A stretch of 64,000 nt of DNA, from contig JAFIGI010000025.1 of assembly GCA_020831465.1 (NCBI GenBank), positions 45 to 64,044 of the forward strand, read 5' to 3'. The position numbers and the translations under genes are program-made. Under the pieces are notes generated by a model. That model was not told where the DNA came from, did no database searches, and was given only the letters and a program-made list of their open reading frames with translations. The stretch comes from Chlamydiales bacterium. Lineage in GTDB: Bacteria > Chlamydiota > Chlamydiia > Chlamydiales > JAAKFR01. This document shows, piece by piece, positions 1-9,603 of the stretch; the first letter of the stretch is position 1, and the number at the start of each line of letters is the position of its first letter.

Positions 1-1211
1 ACCCCTATTGGCAGTTATTTTGTGGTTATGATTTCCTTCAATGGAAATTCCCTTTGCATCCCTCATCTTTGTCTCGATGGAGATCGCGTTTGGGTAAACA
101 AGGAATGCATAAGATTCTGCGAGAAACCATCCGCTCAGCACTAGCCGGTGATGTGATCCGGCCATCCGATATGACTTCAGTTATTGTAGATACAACCGTC
201 ATGCCTAAAAATATTGCCTTTCCTACCGATTCTCGCCTTTATTACAAGAGCTTGCTCTCTTTAACGCGTTTTTCTAAACGTTTTAAAATCAAACTCAGAC
301 AAAGTTATGCCTTTCTTGCTAAGAGGAGTTTGCGACTTGTTTCAAGATATGCTCACTCCAGAAAAATGAAGCAAGCGCGCCGGGAAACTAGACGGCTGAA
401 AACGTATTTTGGACGGGTGCTTCGCGAAGTCGAACGACATGTGGCGCACGATGCAGAACTTCAAAAGATAGCCGCCTCGTGGTTGGATGATCTGAGAAAG
501 ATCTTTGAACAACAACGCAGCGATTCACCTAAAATTTACAGCGTTCATGAGCCGCAAGTCGAGTGTATTTCGAAAGGCAAGGCTCACAAAAAATATGAGT
601 TTGGATGCAAGGTTTCCATTTTAGTCACTCATAAACAAGGGATTGTTTTGAGTTCAGAAGCCTTGCATGGAAATCCTTTTGATGGACATACGCTGAAACA
701 AGCCATTGAAGATGCCCAGAATAACGGCGGTACGAGCATTCATCGTTTATTTGTCGATAAGAGGTATCGAGGACACGGAATCAAGGACAAGGAAGTCTTT
801 ATCTCCGGCAAAAAGAAATTGACGGCTCATTTCAAGCGTTTATTGAAAAGGCGTCAGGCTATCGAGCCGATGATCGGCCACATGAAGAGCGATGGCAAAT
901 TGGATAGAAATTACCTGAAAGGCAGAGAAGGTGATTGTTTTAATGCAATTTTGTGTGGGATCGGACACAATATCAGGCTTATTCTCAACCACCTTTTCAG
1001 AACTGCCCAAAAAGCTTAAGAGCACGTATTTCCCTGAGATCCAATAGGTTTGATCCTGTCCTGAAATAGCCGGTTTTTCAAAAAAAATACCGGTTTCCAG
1101 GTATTTTCCCTGCCTTTGTGAGCTCAAACATCGCAATGTAGCGCAAAAGGTGAAATTCTGAATCAAATCCCGCCGAATTTATTCGAAAATCGCCTCTTTT
1201 TCAGGGTCGAC
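1..1211 (+). mobile_element. IS5-family insertion sequence, right part (left end outside window)
   Basis: Contains the transposase. Ends in TTTTTCAGGGTCGAC (1197-1211) running into CTAG (1211-1214), the typical IS5-group target. Confidence 0.8.
3..1019 (+). CDS. IS5 family transposase (5'-partial; frame open from the window edge: PYWQLFCG...)
   Basis: Motifs VIVDTTV, HEPQVECISKGKAHKKYEFGCKVS, FVDKRYRGH, RRQAIEPMIGHMKSDGKLDRNYLKG. Confidence 0.95.
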   Translation, partial: PYWQLFCGYDFLQWKFPLHPSSLSRWRSRLGKQGMHKILRETIRSALAGDVIRPSDMTSVIVDTTVMPKNIAFPTDSRLYYKSLLSLTRFSKRFKIKLRQSYAFLAKRSLRLVSRYAHSRKMKQARRETRRLKTYFGRVLREVERHVAHDAELQKIAASWLDDLRKIFEQQRSDSPKIYSVHEPQVECISKGKAHKKYEFGCKVSILVTHKQGIVLSSEALHGNPFDGHTLKQAIEDAQNNGGTSIHRLFVDKRYRGHGIKDKEVFISGKKKLTAHFKRLLKRRQAIEPMIGHMKSDGKLDRNYLKGREGDCFNAILCGIGHNIRLILNHLFRTAQKA

Positions 1212-1272
1212 TAGTCTGTTTACCCCTAGATTGACAAATTGGGAGACTGCAGGCACTTGAAATTTGGTTCAT
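1211..1272 (-). pseudogene. 5' end of a gene (MNQISSACSLPICQSRGKQT...) interrupted by the IS5 element
   Basis: ATG at 1272 reads open up to the CTAG target. Preceded by TTAA-N7-TTAA (1338-1324), 11 nt, then TATTAT. Confidence 0.5.
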
Positions 1273-1306
1273 GGTAGACTCAATTTTAATGATTTAATTT
1301 GTACTG

Positions 1307-1338
1307 ATAATATCATTTCTAAATTAAGAAAATGTTAA
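1307..1338 (-). promoter_or_regulatory. TTAA-N7-TTAA box plus -10-like TATTAT at 11 nt
   Basis: Minus strand TTAA-CATTTTC-TTAA-tttagaaatga-TATTAT. Confidence 0.55.
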
Positions 1339-1343
1339 TACCT

Positions 1344-1359
1344 AACTGATTTTGCTATA
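1344..1359. repeat. End fragment of palindromic element family 1 (TATAGCAGAATC type)
   Basis: AACTGATTTTGCTATA, 1 mismatch to AACTGATTCTGCTATA at 17896-17911. Confidence 0.6.
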
Positions 1360-1360
1360 G

Positions 1361-2725
1361 CTACAAGCCCATGACAAGGGGAATGATCCAGTAAAACCCG
1401 AGAAAGATCATCAGGAGGGCGATGAGGCTAATCACCGTTCCCCCCTTGATGATGTCGGCGCTCTCCAAATAGCCCGTCATATAGGCTAAAACGTTCGGTG
1501 GAGTGGAGATCGGCAAGACCATGCCGGTCGTGCAGACAAAGGCAATCGTGATGGCGATGACCACTTTGTCAACTCCTTCAACCCCCAATGCGATGGGTAA
1601 AAGAAGACTCGCAGTCGCGGTGTTGCTCATGAAGGCGGAGAAGAGATAGGCAATGACTGAGAAGAGAATGATGAGTAAAAATTCGGGCTGGTCGAAGAAA
1701 CGAAAACCAAGTAGCCAATTTCCAAGATCAGTTTTTTCTGCTGCGACCCCTAGAGCAAGTCCTCCCCACATTAGGATCAAGACATCCCAATCGAGAGTTT
1801 TAATATCCTCTTTCACTAAAAGGCGGCTCGCCAAGAGGGTTCCGGCACAGAGAAGGGCCGTGACCGCCTCGGGAATCTCGTGAAGGGGTGAGGTTACAAA
1901 AAGAATGATCGTTCCGCACGCAACGATGAGAACCTCTTTGCCCTTTTTGGCAAGCGGCTCGCGTGGAAGTTTGAGATCGACCTCCTTGAGAGAGGTGGGA
2001 AAGAGAAGAAATAAGAGCCAGCTGGCCAAGGCGATCAGCAAAAGGACAAGAGGAACTCCCATGAGCATCCACTGCAAAAAAGTGACATCGACGCCATAGC
2101 CTGTTAAAAGACCAATAGCGATGGCGTTGGGCGGAGATCCGATCGGCGTGCCGATACCTCCTAAATTCGCGCTGAAAGCGATCGCTAGAACGAGGAGCTT
2201 ACGAAAAGAGACCTCCATCGTCGACTGTTTTAAGCACGGGGAGAAGATCCCCAGCATCAAAAGAGCGGAGACTGTGTTGGAAATCCACATCGACAAAAAG
2301 GCGGTTGCCAGCATCGCTCCGAGCACAATCCAATAGGGACGGGTGCCGAAGTAGCCGAGAAAACGGGAGGCCAAAAAGGTGTCGACCCTGTATTTACGAA
2401 GGGCAGCGGCAAGGGTAAAGCCCCCGAAAAATAACATGATGATGGGGCTGGCAAAGGGAAACAAAAAGGCAGTATAGCCGGTCTTGTCCATCTCCAGAAC
2501 ACCCCCCGGCCTGGCAAGGGAAAAAATCAGAAGTAGAATCAGAAGAAAGGAAGAGACAAAGGGAGGAAAGAGTTCAAACCCCCACAAAAAGCCAGCTAAA
2601 AGGAAGATGGTAAGGGCCCTTCTGACCGCTTCCGGAGCAATGCCCTCCAAAAAGAAATAGAAGAGAAGGCAAAAAACAATCCCCAAAAACCCGAGAAGGG
2701 CTTTTTTGCCAAGCTTAAAAGCCAT
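1361..2725 (-). CDS. SLC13/DASS family sodium:dicarboxylate/sulfate symporter
   Basis: Multi-TM; FLSMWISNT, GGIGTPIGSPPNAIA, FMSNTATA, LPISTPPN motifs. Confidence 0.9.
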   Translation of the reverse strand: MAFKLGKKALLGFLGIVFCLLFYFFLEGIAPEAVRRALTIFLLAGFLWGFELFPPFVSSFLLILLLIFSLARPGGVLEMDKTGYTAFLFPFASPIIMLFFGGFTLAAALRKYRVDTFLASRFLGYFGTRPYWIVLGAMLATAFLSMWISNTVSALLMLGIFSPCLKQSTMEVSFRKLLVLAIAFSANLGGIGTPIGSPPNAIAIGLLTGYGVDVTFLQWMLMGVPLVLLLIALASWLLFLLFPTSLKEVDLKLPREPLAKKGKEVLIVACGTIILFVTSPLHEIPEAVTALLCAGTLLASRLLVKEDIKTLDWDVLILMWGGLALGVAAEKTDLGNWLLGFRFFDQPEFLLIILFSVIAYLFSAFMSNTATASLLLPIALGVEGVDKVVIAITIAFVCTTGMVLPISTPPNVLAYMTGYLESADIIKGGTVISLIALLMIFLGFYWIIPLVMGL

Positions 2726-2726
2726 C

Positions 2727-3404
2727 TTATCCGTTTAAAGAACTTTCCCAGTGCTTGACAAAGTCGAGGAGGCGTTCTTTGGAAGGCTTGGTGCGGAAAA
2801 AGGCGCGCGTTTTCTCGTTCGCATTGATGTGAGCCACCTTCGCAAGAAGGTTCAGGTGGTGACGATCTTCGCTGGCAAAAAGGAAAAAGAGAGTATGAAC
2901 AGCTTCCCCATCGAGTGATCCATAGTCGATTGGATGCGTTGGATAGACGACCATCATCACATCGTAATGGGTATTTAAAAGAAAATCACGGGTGTGGGGC
3001 ACGGCAATTCCATGCCCTAGGGCGGTCGACATCATCTGTTCCCGGTCCATAAAAAGATCGGTCAAGACTTCAGGGTCGAGGTCAAACCGCTGCCCCATGT
3101 GGCGCATTGTCTTCCGGATCACCTCTTCCTTACTCTCTCCCGAGACGCCATCCAAGACCTCTCCCCGGTAGAGCGCCCGGTAAAGGCTGAACTGCATATT
3201 TCCCTTTTGAGGCTGCTCTTCAGACTCTTCTTCAAAATTGCCCTCAAGCTTCTGCTGAATTAGCCAATCTTCAATCTCGCAGCGGCTGAATCGGTATTGG
3301 CGATTGATGCGGTATGCGGGAATCTTCCCATCGGCCAGCCAGCGGCGGACCGTTGTTTCAGAAATGTTCAGTAACTCGGCTACATCTCTAATTTTTAAAT
3401 CCAC
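2727..3404 (-). CDS. ptsN: PTS IIA(Ntr)-like protein with N-terminal excisionase-type HTH (CT290-like)
   Basis: LKIRDVAELLNISETTVRRW HTH; STALGHGIAVPH phospho-His motif. Confidence 0.9.
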   Translation of the reverse strand: MDLKIRDVAELLNISETTVRRWLADGKIPAYRINRQYRFSRCEIEDWLIQQKLEGNFEEESEEQPQKGNMQFSLYRALYRGEVLDGVSGESKEEVIRKTMRHMGQRFDLDPEVLTDLFMDREQMMSTALGHGIAVPHTRDFLLNTHYDVMMVVYPTHPIDYGSLDGEAVHTLFFLFASEDRHHLNLLAKVAHINANEKTRAFFRTKPSKERLLDFVKHWESSLNG

Positions 3405-3405
3405 C

Positions 3406-3903
3406 CTATATCCCCCTAAAAAGGGCTATAATGTCTTCCGGTTTGGTCAATTGCAAGATTTTTTTTCTACGCTCCTCATCCTTGATAGCCAAAGTCAACC
3501 TGGAGAGCAGCTGAAGATACTCTGTCTGTTTGTCATCTGGCCCGCCGATCATAAAGACAAGACGGACGGGAACTCCGTCGAGAGCTTCCCATGCAATCCC
3601 CTTGCGATGGATGCCGATGGCAATAAAGAAGGTATCGTAACCCGGTAGTTTAGCATGGGGGACCGCTACTCCCATCCCAATCCCGGTAGAGACGATCTGT
3701 TCCCGCTCCAAAATCGCTTGATAGAAAGCCTCTTTCTCTTTCAATTTCCCTTGCTCGTCGAGCAAGTCGACAAGCGAACGGAGGGCGGCATCCCGGCTCT
3801 CAACCTCTAGCAATTTGACCAACGAGGGATTGAGGTATTTTGAAATCAATAAATGGGGGCCGTTTCGCTTTTGTTGCTGCTTCGATGGAAACATTTTTCT
3901 CAA
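3406..3903 (-). CDS. ptsN: PTS IIA(Ntr)-like protein (CT291-like)
   Basis: [19 protein letters not shown] motif; synteny. Confidence 0.9.
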   Translation of the reverse strand: MRKMFPSKQQQKRNGPHLLISKYLNPSLVKLLEVESRDAALRSLVDLLDEQGKLKEKEAFYQAILEREQIVSTGIGMGVAVPHAKLPGYDTFFIAIGIHRKGIAWEALDGVPVRLVFMIGGPDDKQTEYLQLLSRLTLAIKDEERRKKILQLTKPEDIIALFRGI

Positions 3904-4343
3904 TGCACTCCTGTGTGTCCAAAGCCTCCGCTGCCGCGTCCGCTTGGGAGAAGAGCATCGACTTTTATAAAGCGCGCTCTCACAAGAGGCGCCACAACGA
4001 TTTGGGCGACGCGCATCCCCGGCTCGACGATAAAATCATCATGTCCATGATTGATCAGAATCACTTTGAGCTCACCGCGATAATCGGAGTCGATCGTACC
4101 GGGGGTGTTGAGAACCGTTATTTGATGTTTAAAGGCGAGCCCGCTTCGGGGACGCACCTGGATTTCATAGCCTTGGGGAATCTCGAAAAAAAGCCCTGTT
4201 GGGACGAGAGCTGATTGACCCGAAGGAATCGTTAAAGGAATGTTTAAATCGGCACGCACATCGGCGCCGGCTGCACCCTCGGAAGCGTACTCAGGGAGAT
4301 CTTCCCTATCGGTTATAAGAGGAATTTCAACATTTTGTTCCAT
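3900..4343 (-). CDS. dut: dUTP diphosphatase
   Basis: [35 protein letters not shown] motifs. Confidence 0.97.
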   Translation of the reverse strand: MEQNVEIPLITDREDLPEYASEGAAGADVRADLNIPLTIPSGQSALVPTGLFFEIPQGYEIQVRPRSGLAFKHQITVLNTPGTIDSDYRGELKVILINHGHDDFIVEPGMRVAQIVVAPLVRARFIKVDALLPSGRGSGGFGHTGVH

Positions 4344-4363
4344 AGTGAAAGGATGATTGCTTT

Positions 4364-5263
4364 TTAAGCATCATCTGTCAACAAAAACAATTGGTTTGTA
4401 TGCATTGTGACGTATTCACGCTCATTCCCTGTTAAAAAATCAAGAAATTGAGAAAGCTTCTCCTTCATCTGGTGCCGTTTGACGATAGAGTCGATCATGC
4501 CATGCTTGAGAAGGAATTCCGATTTTTGGGCTCCTTGAGGAAGCTTCTGACGGATCACTTGCTCGACAACGCGCGGTCCGGCAAAGCAGATCAATGCATC
4601 AGGCTCGGCAATGATGATATCGCCGAGAGAGGCGAATGAAGCCGTCACCCCGCCCGAGGTCGGGTTTGTCAACACGGAGATAAAGGGAACTCCGGCTTCG
4701 TGGAGCTTGGCCAGCGCAGCCGATGTTTTTGCCATCTGCATGAGTGAAAGAATCGACTCCTGCATCCGGGCGCCGCCGGAAGCGGAGACGATGATAAGAG
4801 GGATTTTTTGATAGAGCGCGAGCTCGATAATGCGGGTCAACCTCTCCCCGACAACTGAGCCCATCGAGCCTGCCATGAATCCGAAATTCAAAACTCCGAG
4901 AGCGATTTTATGGCCGCTCAAGGTGCATGTCCCCACGAAGACCCCTTCAGAGCATCCCGATTTTTCGACCGCCCGTTCGATCCGCTCGGGGTAGGGTTCG
5001 GTATCTTTGAAGCGAAGGGCGTCGACAGACCTAAGGTTGTCAAAAAGCTCCTCAAAAGTCCCGGGGTCTGCCAGCATCTCGATCCGCTCGCGCGCCGAAA
5101 TGCGGTAATGGTAGTCGCATTTAGGGCAGCAGTTCCCGTTTTGGGAGAGCTCATTGGTATGGATCATCTCGTGGCAGTGGGTGCACTTCAGCCAACCGCT
5201 GAACCCATCGGCTTTCGACGACTCGACTTTAATTTTGGGTTTATCTCGTGAAAATAAACGCAT
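4364..5263 (-). CDS. accD: Acetyl-CoA carboxylase carboxyltransferase beta subunit (start probably MRLFSRDK at 5263)
   Basis: CTHC...CPKC zinc ribbon; [25 protein letters not shown]. Confidence 0.96.
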   Translation of the reverse strand: MRLFSRDKPKIKVESSKADGFSGWLKCTHCHEMIHTNELSQNGNCCPKCDYHYRISARERIEMLADPGTFEELFDNLRSVDALRFKDTEPYPERIERAVEKSGCSEGVFVGTCTLSGHKIALGVLNFGFMAGSMGSVVGERLTRIIELALYQKIPLIIVSASGGARMQESILSLMQMAKTSAALAKLHEAGVPFISVLTNPTSGGVTASFASLGDIIIAEPDALICFAGPRVVEQVIRQKLPQGAQKSEFLLKHGMIDSIVKRHQMKEKLSQFLDFLTGNEREYVTMHTNQLFLLTDDA

Positions 5264-5289
5264 AGGAAATGAGTATATTTTATTAAACA

Positions 5290-5322
5290 AATAACCGTCT
5301 ACTTAAAAAGCAGACGGTTATT
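5290..5322 (-). terminator. Intrinsic terminator after sod
   Basis: AATAACCGTCT...AGACGGTTATT stem followed by TGTTT on the minus strand, just past the sod stop. Confidence 0.6.
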
Positions 5323-5333
5323 AAAAGTAAATT

Positions 5334-5969
5334 TTACTTGACGCAAGCAGGACAGGATTTCGCGCACTCCTCATAGCGCTGGGCCACATTTGACCAGTTC
5401 ACCACTTTCCAGATCGCTTTGAGATAGTCGGGGCGCGCGTTTTTATACTGCAGATAATAGGCATGCTCCCAAACATCGATGCCAAGAAGGGGGATTGCAT
5501 TCTTGGTGCCGAGGAGCGGATCTTGATTTGAACAGGTCTCGATTATAAGATGATGCGTTGTTTTGCAGAACCCGAGCCAGCACCATCCCGAACCTTGAAT
5601 CGGCGCGGCGATGTTGTTGAAAGCTTCGACAAAATTCTCAAATGAATCCCACCGCTTGTTGATCGCATCGGCGAGTTCTCCCGAAGGACGCTCTCCTCCG
5701 CCCTTGTTTGGAGGAGCAAGGTTTGTCCAAAAAATACTATGGTTGATATGGCCGCCCCCGTTGAAGCGGATAGCGGGCTGGAGCGAAATCATCGTAGAAA
5801 GGTCTTCACTCGCCTCGGCTTGGGCGTATTTCTCAAGCGCCTCGTTGAGTTTTGTCACGTAGGTATTGTGGTGTTTTTTGTGATGTAGCTCCATAATCTC
5901 CGAACTGATCACAGGTTCAAGAGCATTATATGCATAGGGAAGATCGGGAAGGGTAAACTTTTTGGCCAT
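5334..5969 (-). CDS. sodA: Mn/Fe superoxide dismutase
   Basis: [25 protein letters not shown]. Confidence 0.96.
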   Translation of the reverse strand: MAKKFTLPDLPYAYNALEPVISSEIMELHHKKHHNTYVTKLNEALEKYAQAEASEDLSTMISLQPAIRFNGGGHINHSIFWTNLAPPNKGGGERPSGELADAINKRWDSFENFVEAFNNIAAPIQGSGWCWLGFCKTTHHLIIETCSNQDPLLGTKNAIPLLGIDVWEHAYYLQYKNARPDYLKAIWKVVNWSNVAQRYEECAKSCPACVK

Positions 5970-5983
5970 TGTTCTCCTCAGTG

Positions 5984-6607
5984 TTAAAGTTTATCAGGCC
6001 GAAGAATAGTTGAGTCGAATAATTTATTCAATGCGTTTTGAGTCACAGGACCGATCGCTTCGCACTGCGCCCGCTCAGGAAGTTTGGCAGAAAGAGTTGC
6101 AAAGGCCTCTACGGTCGATGGGCTTGTAAAAACAAGGCGGTCGAAACCCTCAAGATTGGGAAGTTTCACATCTTTTGAAAAGGTATCATACAAGGCGAAT
6201 GGTGTTCCTTTCGCTTTCAAATAATCCGGAAGAAGAGGGCGGGCTCTAGCCGAGTGGGGATAGAGAATATGTTCGCAGGCAAGCCTTTCCAAGAGCGCGA
6301 TTACACCTTCTCCGCATGCCTCTTTGGCAACATGCGCTGCCTCCACCCCGAATTCGGCCAATCGCTGCGCCGTTGCTTTTCCAACGCAAAGGCATATTTT
6401 ATCCCCTCGGCCTCCATATCCAAAGTAATAGGAGACCGCTGTTCGGCTGGTGAATAAGAGATGCGAATGAGGAGAGGTGAAATAGAACTTTACCCTTTCA
6501 TAAGGAAGGGGTCGTGTTTCGATTAAAGGAAAGTGTATAATTTCTTCATTTGATTCATAACGGCTCGGATCAAGGCCGAAGTAGAGAATTTTCTTGCGAT
6601 TTAACAT
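5984..6607 (-). CDS. hemD: Uroporphyrinogen-III synthase
   Basis: [32 protein letters not shown]; close to hemC. Confidence 0.85.
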   Translation of the reverse strand: MLNRKKILYFGLDPSRYESNEEIIHFPLIETRPLPYERVKFYFTSPHSHLLFTSRTAVSYYFGYGGRGDKICLCVGKATAQRLAEFGVEAAHVAKEACGEGVIALLERLACEHILYPHSARARPLLPDYLKAKGTPFALYDTFSKDVKLPNLEGFDRLVFTSPSTVEAFATLSAKLPERAQCEAIGPVTQNALNKLFDSTILRPDKL

Positions 6608-6620
6608 ATTAGAACATATC

Positions 6621-6635
6621 TTAATGTTTTCTTAA
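6621..6635 (+). promoter_or_regulatory. TTAA-N7-TTAA box
   Basis: TTAA-TGTTTTC-TTAA, 25 nt upstream of the Inc-like ORF 6661. Confidence 0.5.
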
Positions 6636-6660
6636 ATTTTAAGTCTTCAAGGAGAAGCTT

Positions 6661-6936
6661 ATGAGTCGATCTGTAACCCCCCCCTTACCTGACAGTTTTT
6701 CGTTTACCCCTAGTCAAAATAACGTCACCCCAAGAAAGGTAGCTACAGTGGCGGCAGCTGTCCTCCTAACGTGCATTCTCGCCTTAACTGCATGTATTCT
6801 CATTTCCCAATACCCCGCCGCTTCTTCCGCCTTCATCACAACTTTCAGCATCCTCGGTATCGGAAGTCTGATCACCCTCAGCATTGCGCTCTGCAAACAT
6901 TACAAAAAACCGATTGCCTTTCCATTCAAAGGTTAA
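6661..6936 (+). CDS. Small Inc-like protein (bilobed hydrophobic domain)
   Basis: S/T/P-rich N-terminus, two close hydrophobic helices, AAGGAG RBS; sits between hemD and hemC on the opposite strand. Confidence 0.7.
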   Translation: MSRSVTPPLPDSFSFTPSQNNVTPRKVATVAAAVLLTCILALTACILISQYPAASSAFITTFSILGIGSLITLSIALCKHYKKPIAFPFKG

Positions 6937-7573
6937 ACAGAGAATGCATTTCTCTATCTCCCTTCCGTGCAAGGATAGCAAGCTGTCCTTGCAAGGGAGC
7001 CGTCTCTCCCGGTAATCTGATCCGGTTGAGATCGGTTAATCCCAAACGGATAAGCGCCGCTTCGGCGATGACAACGCCGTCGACCTCACCGCTCTCTAGT
7101 TTTGCAAGACGCTCTTCAATTGTTCCCCTGATATCGACAAAGAATAGATCTTCGGTGAGAGTGCGGACCATCTCCTCGCGCCGTACCGAAGAGGTCGCAA
7201 TTACAAACGCTTTTGACAACCGCTCCCCTTTACGCATTACCAAGCTGTCCGAAGGATCGACTCCTTTTGTCAGCTTAATCAGCTCAAGACCTTTTGGAAG
7301 GGGTTCGGGCAAATCTTTCGCCGAATGGATCGCGATACGGCACTCCCCTCTTAGGAGCATCTCGTCGATCTCGCGCGTAAAAAAGTCCGTCTTATCGAGT
7401 ATGCGTAATGAAGTTGTCCGGTCGCGGTCTCCGACTGTTTTCACATAAACCGGCTCAAAAAGGAGATGCGCGTATTCGGCCTGAACTTCTTCCACTTGCC
7501 GCCTCGATAAATTGGAGTCGCGCGCTCCTACTTTAATTGAAAGCCGCTCGGATCGCTTCTTCGACACGTTCAA
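6926..7573 (-). CDS. hemC: Hydroxymethylbilane synthase, short chlamydial type (exact start uncertain)
   Basis: KVGARDSNLS, KTVGD, IHSAKDLP, TSSVRR, DIRGTIEERL, QGQLA. Confidence 0.9.
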   Translation of the reverse strand: MNVSKKRSERLSIKVGARDSNLSRRQVEEVQAEYAHLLFEPVYVKTVGDRDRTTSLRILDKTDFFTREIDEMLLRGECRIAIHSAKDLPEPLPKGLELIKLTKGVDPSDSLVMRKGERLSKAFVIATSSVRREEMVRTLTEDLFFVDIRGTIEERLAKLESGEVDGVVIAEAALIRLGLTDLNRIRLPGETAPLQGQLAILARKGDREMHSLFNL

Positions 7574-8879
7574 TCCCTATCGTTTCGATTTGTTTATACT
7601 CGCTATACCCCTTTTTGGGGATGAGCGCCCTTTTAAAGCCCATATGGATAGCCTCTTTAAGCCGCTCTTCCAAACGGGGAACACTGCGAATCTCGCCGCC
7701 AAGACCCACCTCGCCGATCACAATTGTTTCCGGGTCGATCGTTCTGTTCATCAACGAGGAGGCAACCGCCAAGACAACCCCCAAATCGATAGCGGGCTCG
7801 GAAATCTTCATTCCACCTGCGATCGACACAAAGACATCGCGATTATGGAGTTGATAGCCGATCCGCTTTTCCATTACGGCGAGCAAGAGGGCAAGCCTGT
7901 TCGAATCGAGCCCGGCCGAGCGGCGAGATGGGGTGCTGTAGGCAGTATCGGTCACAAGGGCTTGCACTTCGATGAGAATCGGGCGAGATCCTTCAACGGT
8001 AGGAATGATGACCGAGCCGGGATTTCCCTTCATCCGCTCTTCCAAAAAGAGCTCTGAGGGATTGGGAACCTCTTTCAATCCCCCATCTCCCATTTGGAAG
8101 ACAGCGATTTCATCCGTCGAACCGAAACGATTCTTCACAACGCGCATCAGTCTATAGTTATGCTGACGGTCCCCCTCGAAATAGAGTACGGTGTCGACCA
8201 AATGTTCCAGCACGCGCGGCCCCGCAATCTCGCCCGATTTCGTCACGTGTCCGATAACCAAAATCGAAATATCGCTTCGTTTGGCCAAATGCATCAGCTC
8301 CGTAGCGGTTTCCCTAACCTGAGAAACAGAACCCGGCGCTGAGGAGAGCTCGCTTTTATAGATAATCTGGATCGAGTCGATAATCACAAGATCGGGATTG
8401 ACCTTTTCGATTTGTTTTTTGATCTGGGAGAAATTTGTTTCCGACAAAAGAAGGAGATTTTCGTTAGAGACGCCGAGCCGCCTCGCCCGCTGCGAAGTTT
8501 GGGCGACCGATTCCTCTCCGCAGACGTAAAGGACGACCACTCCCTGGCGCGAGACCGCATTTGAGACCTGCATCAGAAGGGTCGATTTTCCGATTCCCGG
8601 TTCGCCGCCAACGAGAGAGAGCGAGCCCTGCATCAACCCCCCTCCCAGGAGCCGGTCGAACTCCTTCATGTGGGTTTGCAAACGGGGTTTCTCTTCGCCG
8701 GAGACTTCGTTGACCCGGACCGGCGCTGTCGGGAGCTGGAGCTTTGAATCAAAGCGCGTTTCAAAGCGGAGCTCTTCGTAAAAGGTATTCCATTCTTTAC
8801 AGCTCGGGCATTGGCCCAGCCATTTCGGTTCGCTATGTCCGCATTCGTTACAATACCAGACCGTTTTTGTTTTGCTCAT
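7533..8879 (-). CDS. radA: DNA repair protein RadA/Sms
   Basis: CNECG...CPSC, GGEPGIGKSTL, KNRFG. Confidence 0.97.
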   Translation of the reverse strand: MSKTKTVWYCNECGHSEPKWLGQCPSCKEWNTFYEELRFETRFDSKLQLPTAPVRVNEVSGEEKPRLQTHMKEFDRLLGGGLMQGSLSLVGGEPGIGKSTLLMQVSNAVSRQGVVVLYVCGEESVAQTSQRARRLGVSNENLLLLSETNFSQIKKQIEKVNPDLVIIDSIQIIYKSELSSAPGSVSQVRETATELMHLAKRSDISILVIGHVTKSGEIAGPRVLEHLVDTVLYFEGDRQHNYRLMRVVKNRFGSTDEIAVFQMGDGGLKEVPNPSELFLEERMKGNPGSVIIPTVEGSRPILIEVQALVTDTAYSTPSRRSAGLDSNRLALLLAVMEKRIGYQLHNRDVFVSIAGGMKISEPAIDLGVVLAVASSLMNRTIDPETIVIGEVGLGGEIRSVPRLEERLKEAIHMGFKRALIPKKGYSEYKQIETIGIERVEEAIRAAFN

Positions 8880-9039
8880 AGGAGGGAATCGATTTCACAA
8901 TTAAAGAGTTGACACAATCATAGCTTCTTTTGCTTTTTTCAGCTGGAGAAAAAATATACCAGCTCTGGAATCTTCTTAGAGTCATCACATTTTTTCACCT
9001 CCCTACAAAAAAGTAGAGAGGTGAATTCTTGGAGAAAAA

Positions 9040-9396
9040 TTATTCTGTGTTAACTTCCTGGTTAACTTCCTGCTGCATCCCTTGAGAATTTTTTTTCTGG
9101 ACCTCTTCGAAATACTCATAAGTTGAGATTTCAAGTATACCGCTAACCATCCTCAATAAGACACCAATACAGAAAGTTGCGCCTGCGAGGAATGTGAGAT
9201 CTTGAACGGTTTGAGAGAGAGGGGTATATTGGAGGGCGATTAAAGCAAAAACTAGACCAACGGCTCCAATAGGGACCAGGGCGTAAGACAAATAATTCGC
9301 TGCCTTGAAAATTTTTTTTGCCATTTGAGGCGTGCAACTTACAGTTTCTTTATTTATATTTTTTGCAAAAGAATTATTTACTAATTTTATTGACAT
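9040..9396 (-). CDS. Inc-like protein, low GC
   Basis: Two adjacent hydrophobic helices, polar termini, AT-rich. Confidence 0.7.
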   Translation of the reverse strand: MSIKLVNNSFAKNINKETVSCTPQMAKKIFKAANYLSYALVPIGAVGLVFALIALQYTPLSQTVQDLTFLAGATFCIGVLLRMVSGILEISTYEYFEEVQKKNSQGMQQEVNQEVNTE

Positions 9397-9537
9397 ATCA
9401 AAACTCCGCGTTTTAAAATTATTTCAGCACTATTATAACAAAACCTCTAAAAATATAGAAGTAAAAAAAATTATAAGTTTATGTTAAATGGCGTTGATGT
9501 GAGACAACCTAAGTTTTAAGATCTCTTCACCTCTTGA

Positions 9538-9552
9538 TTAAGACTAAATTAA
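9538..9552 (-). promoter_or_regulatory. TTAA-N7-TTAA box (a second, 1-mismatch box at 9473-9487)
   Basis: TTAA-GACTAAA-TTAA in the intergenic region upstream of ORF 9396. Confidence 0.5.
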
Positions 9553-9603
9553 GAGCGCCTGAAGTAGGCTTAAATCATGAAAAAGTTGATTTTGTCGCCT
9601 CTC

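Noticed and set aside
2727-3404. Excisionase-type HTH as evidence of a mobile element
   Set aside because: The HTH-PTS IIA fusion is a conserved chlamydial core gene.
6771-8057. Long antisense ORFs (6771-7448, 7512-8057; likewise 14877-15506, 52704-53270 and others)
   Set aside because: Shadow frames of well-supported genes with no recognisable motifs.
8994-9025. Hairpin TTCACCTCCCTAC...GTAGAGAGGTGAA as another mobile palindrome
   Set aside because: Short, has no target duplication, and lies just after a stop codon; most simply a terminator-like stem.
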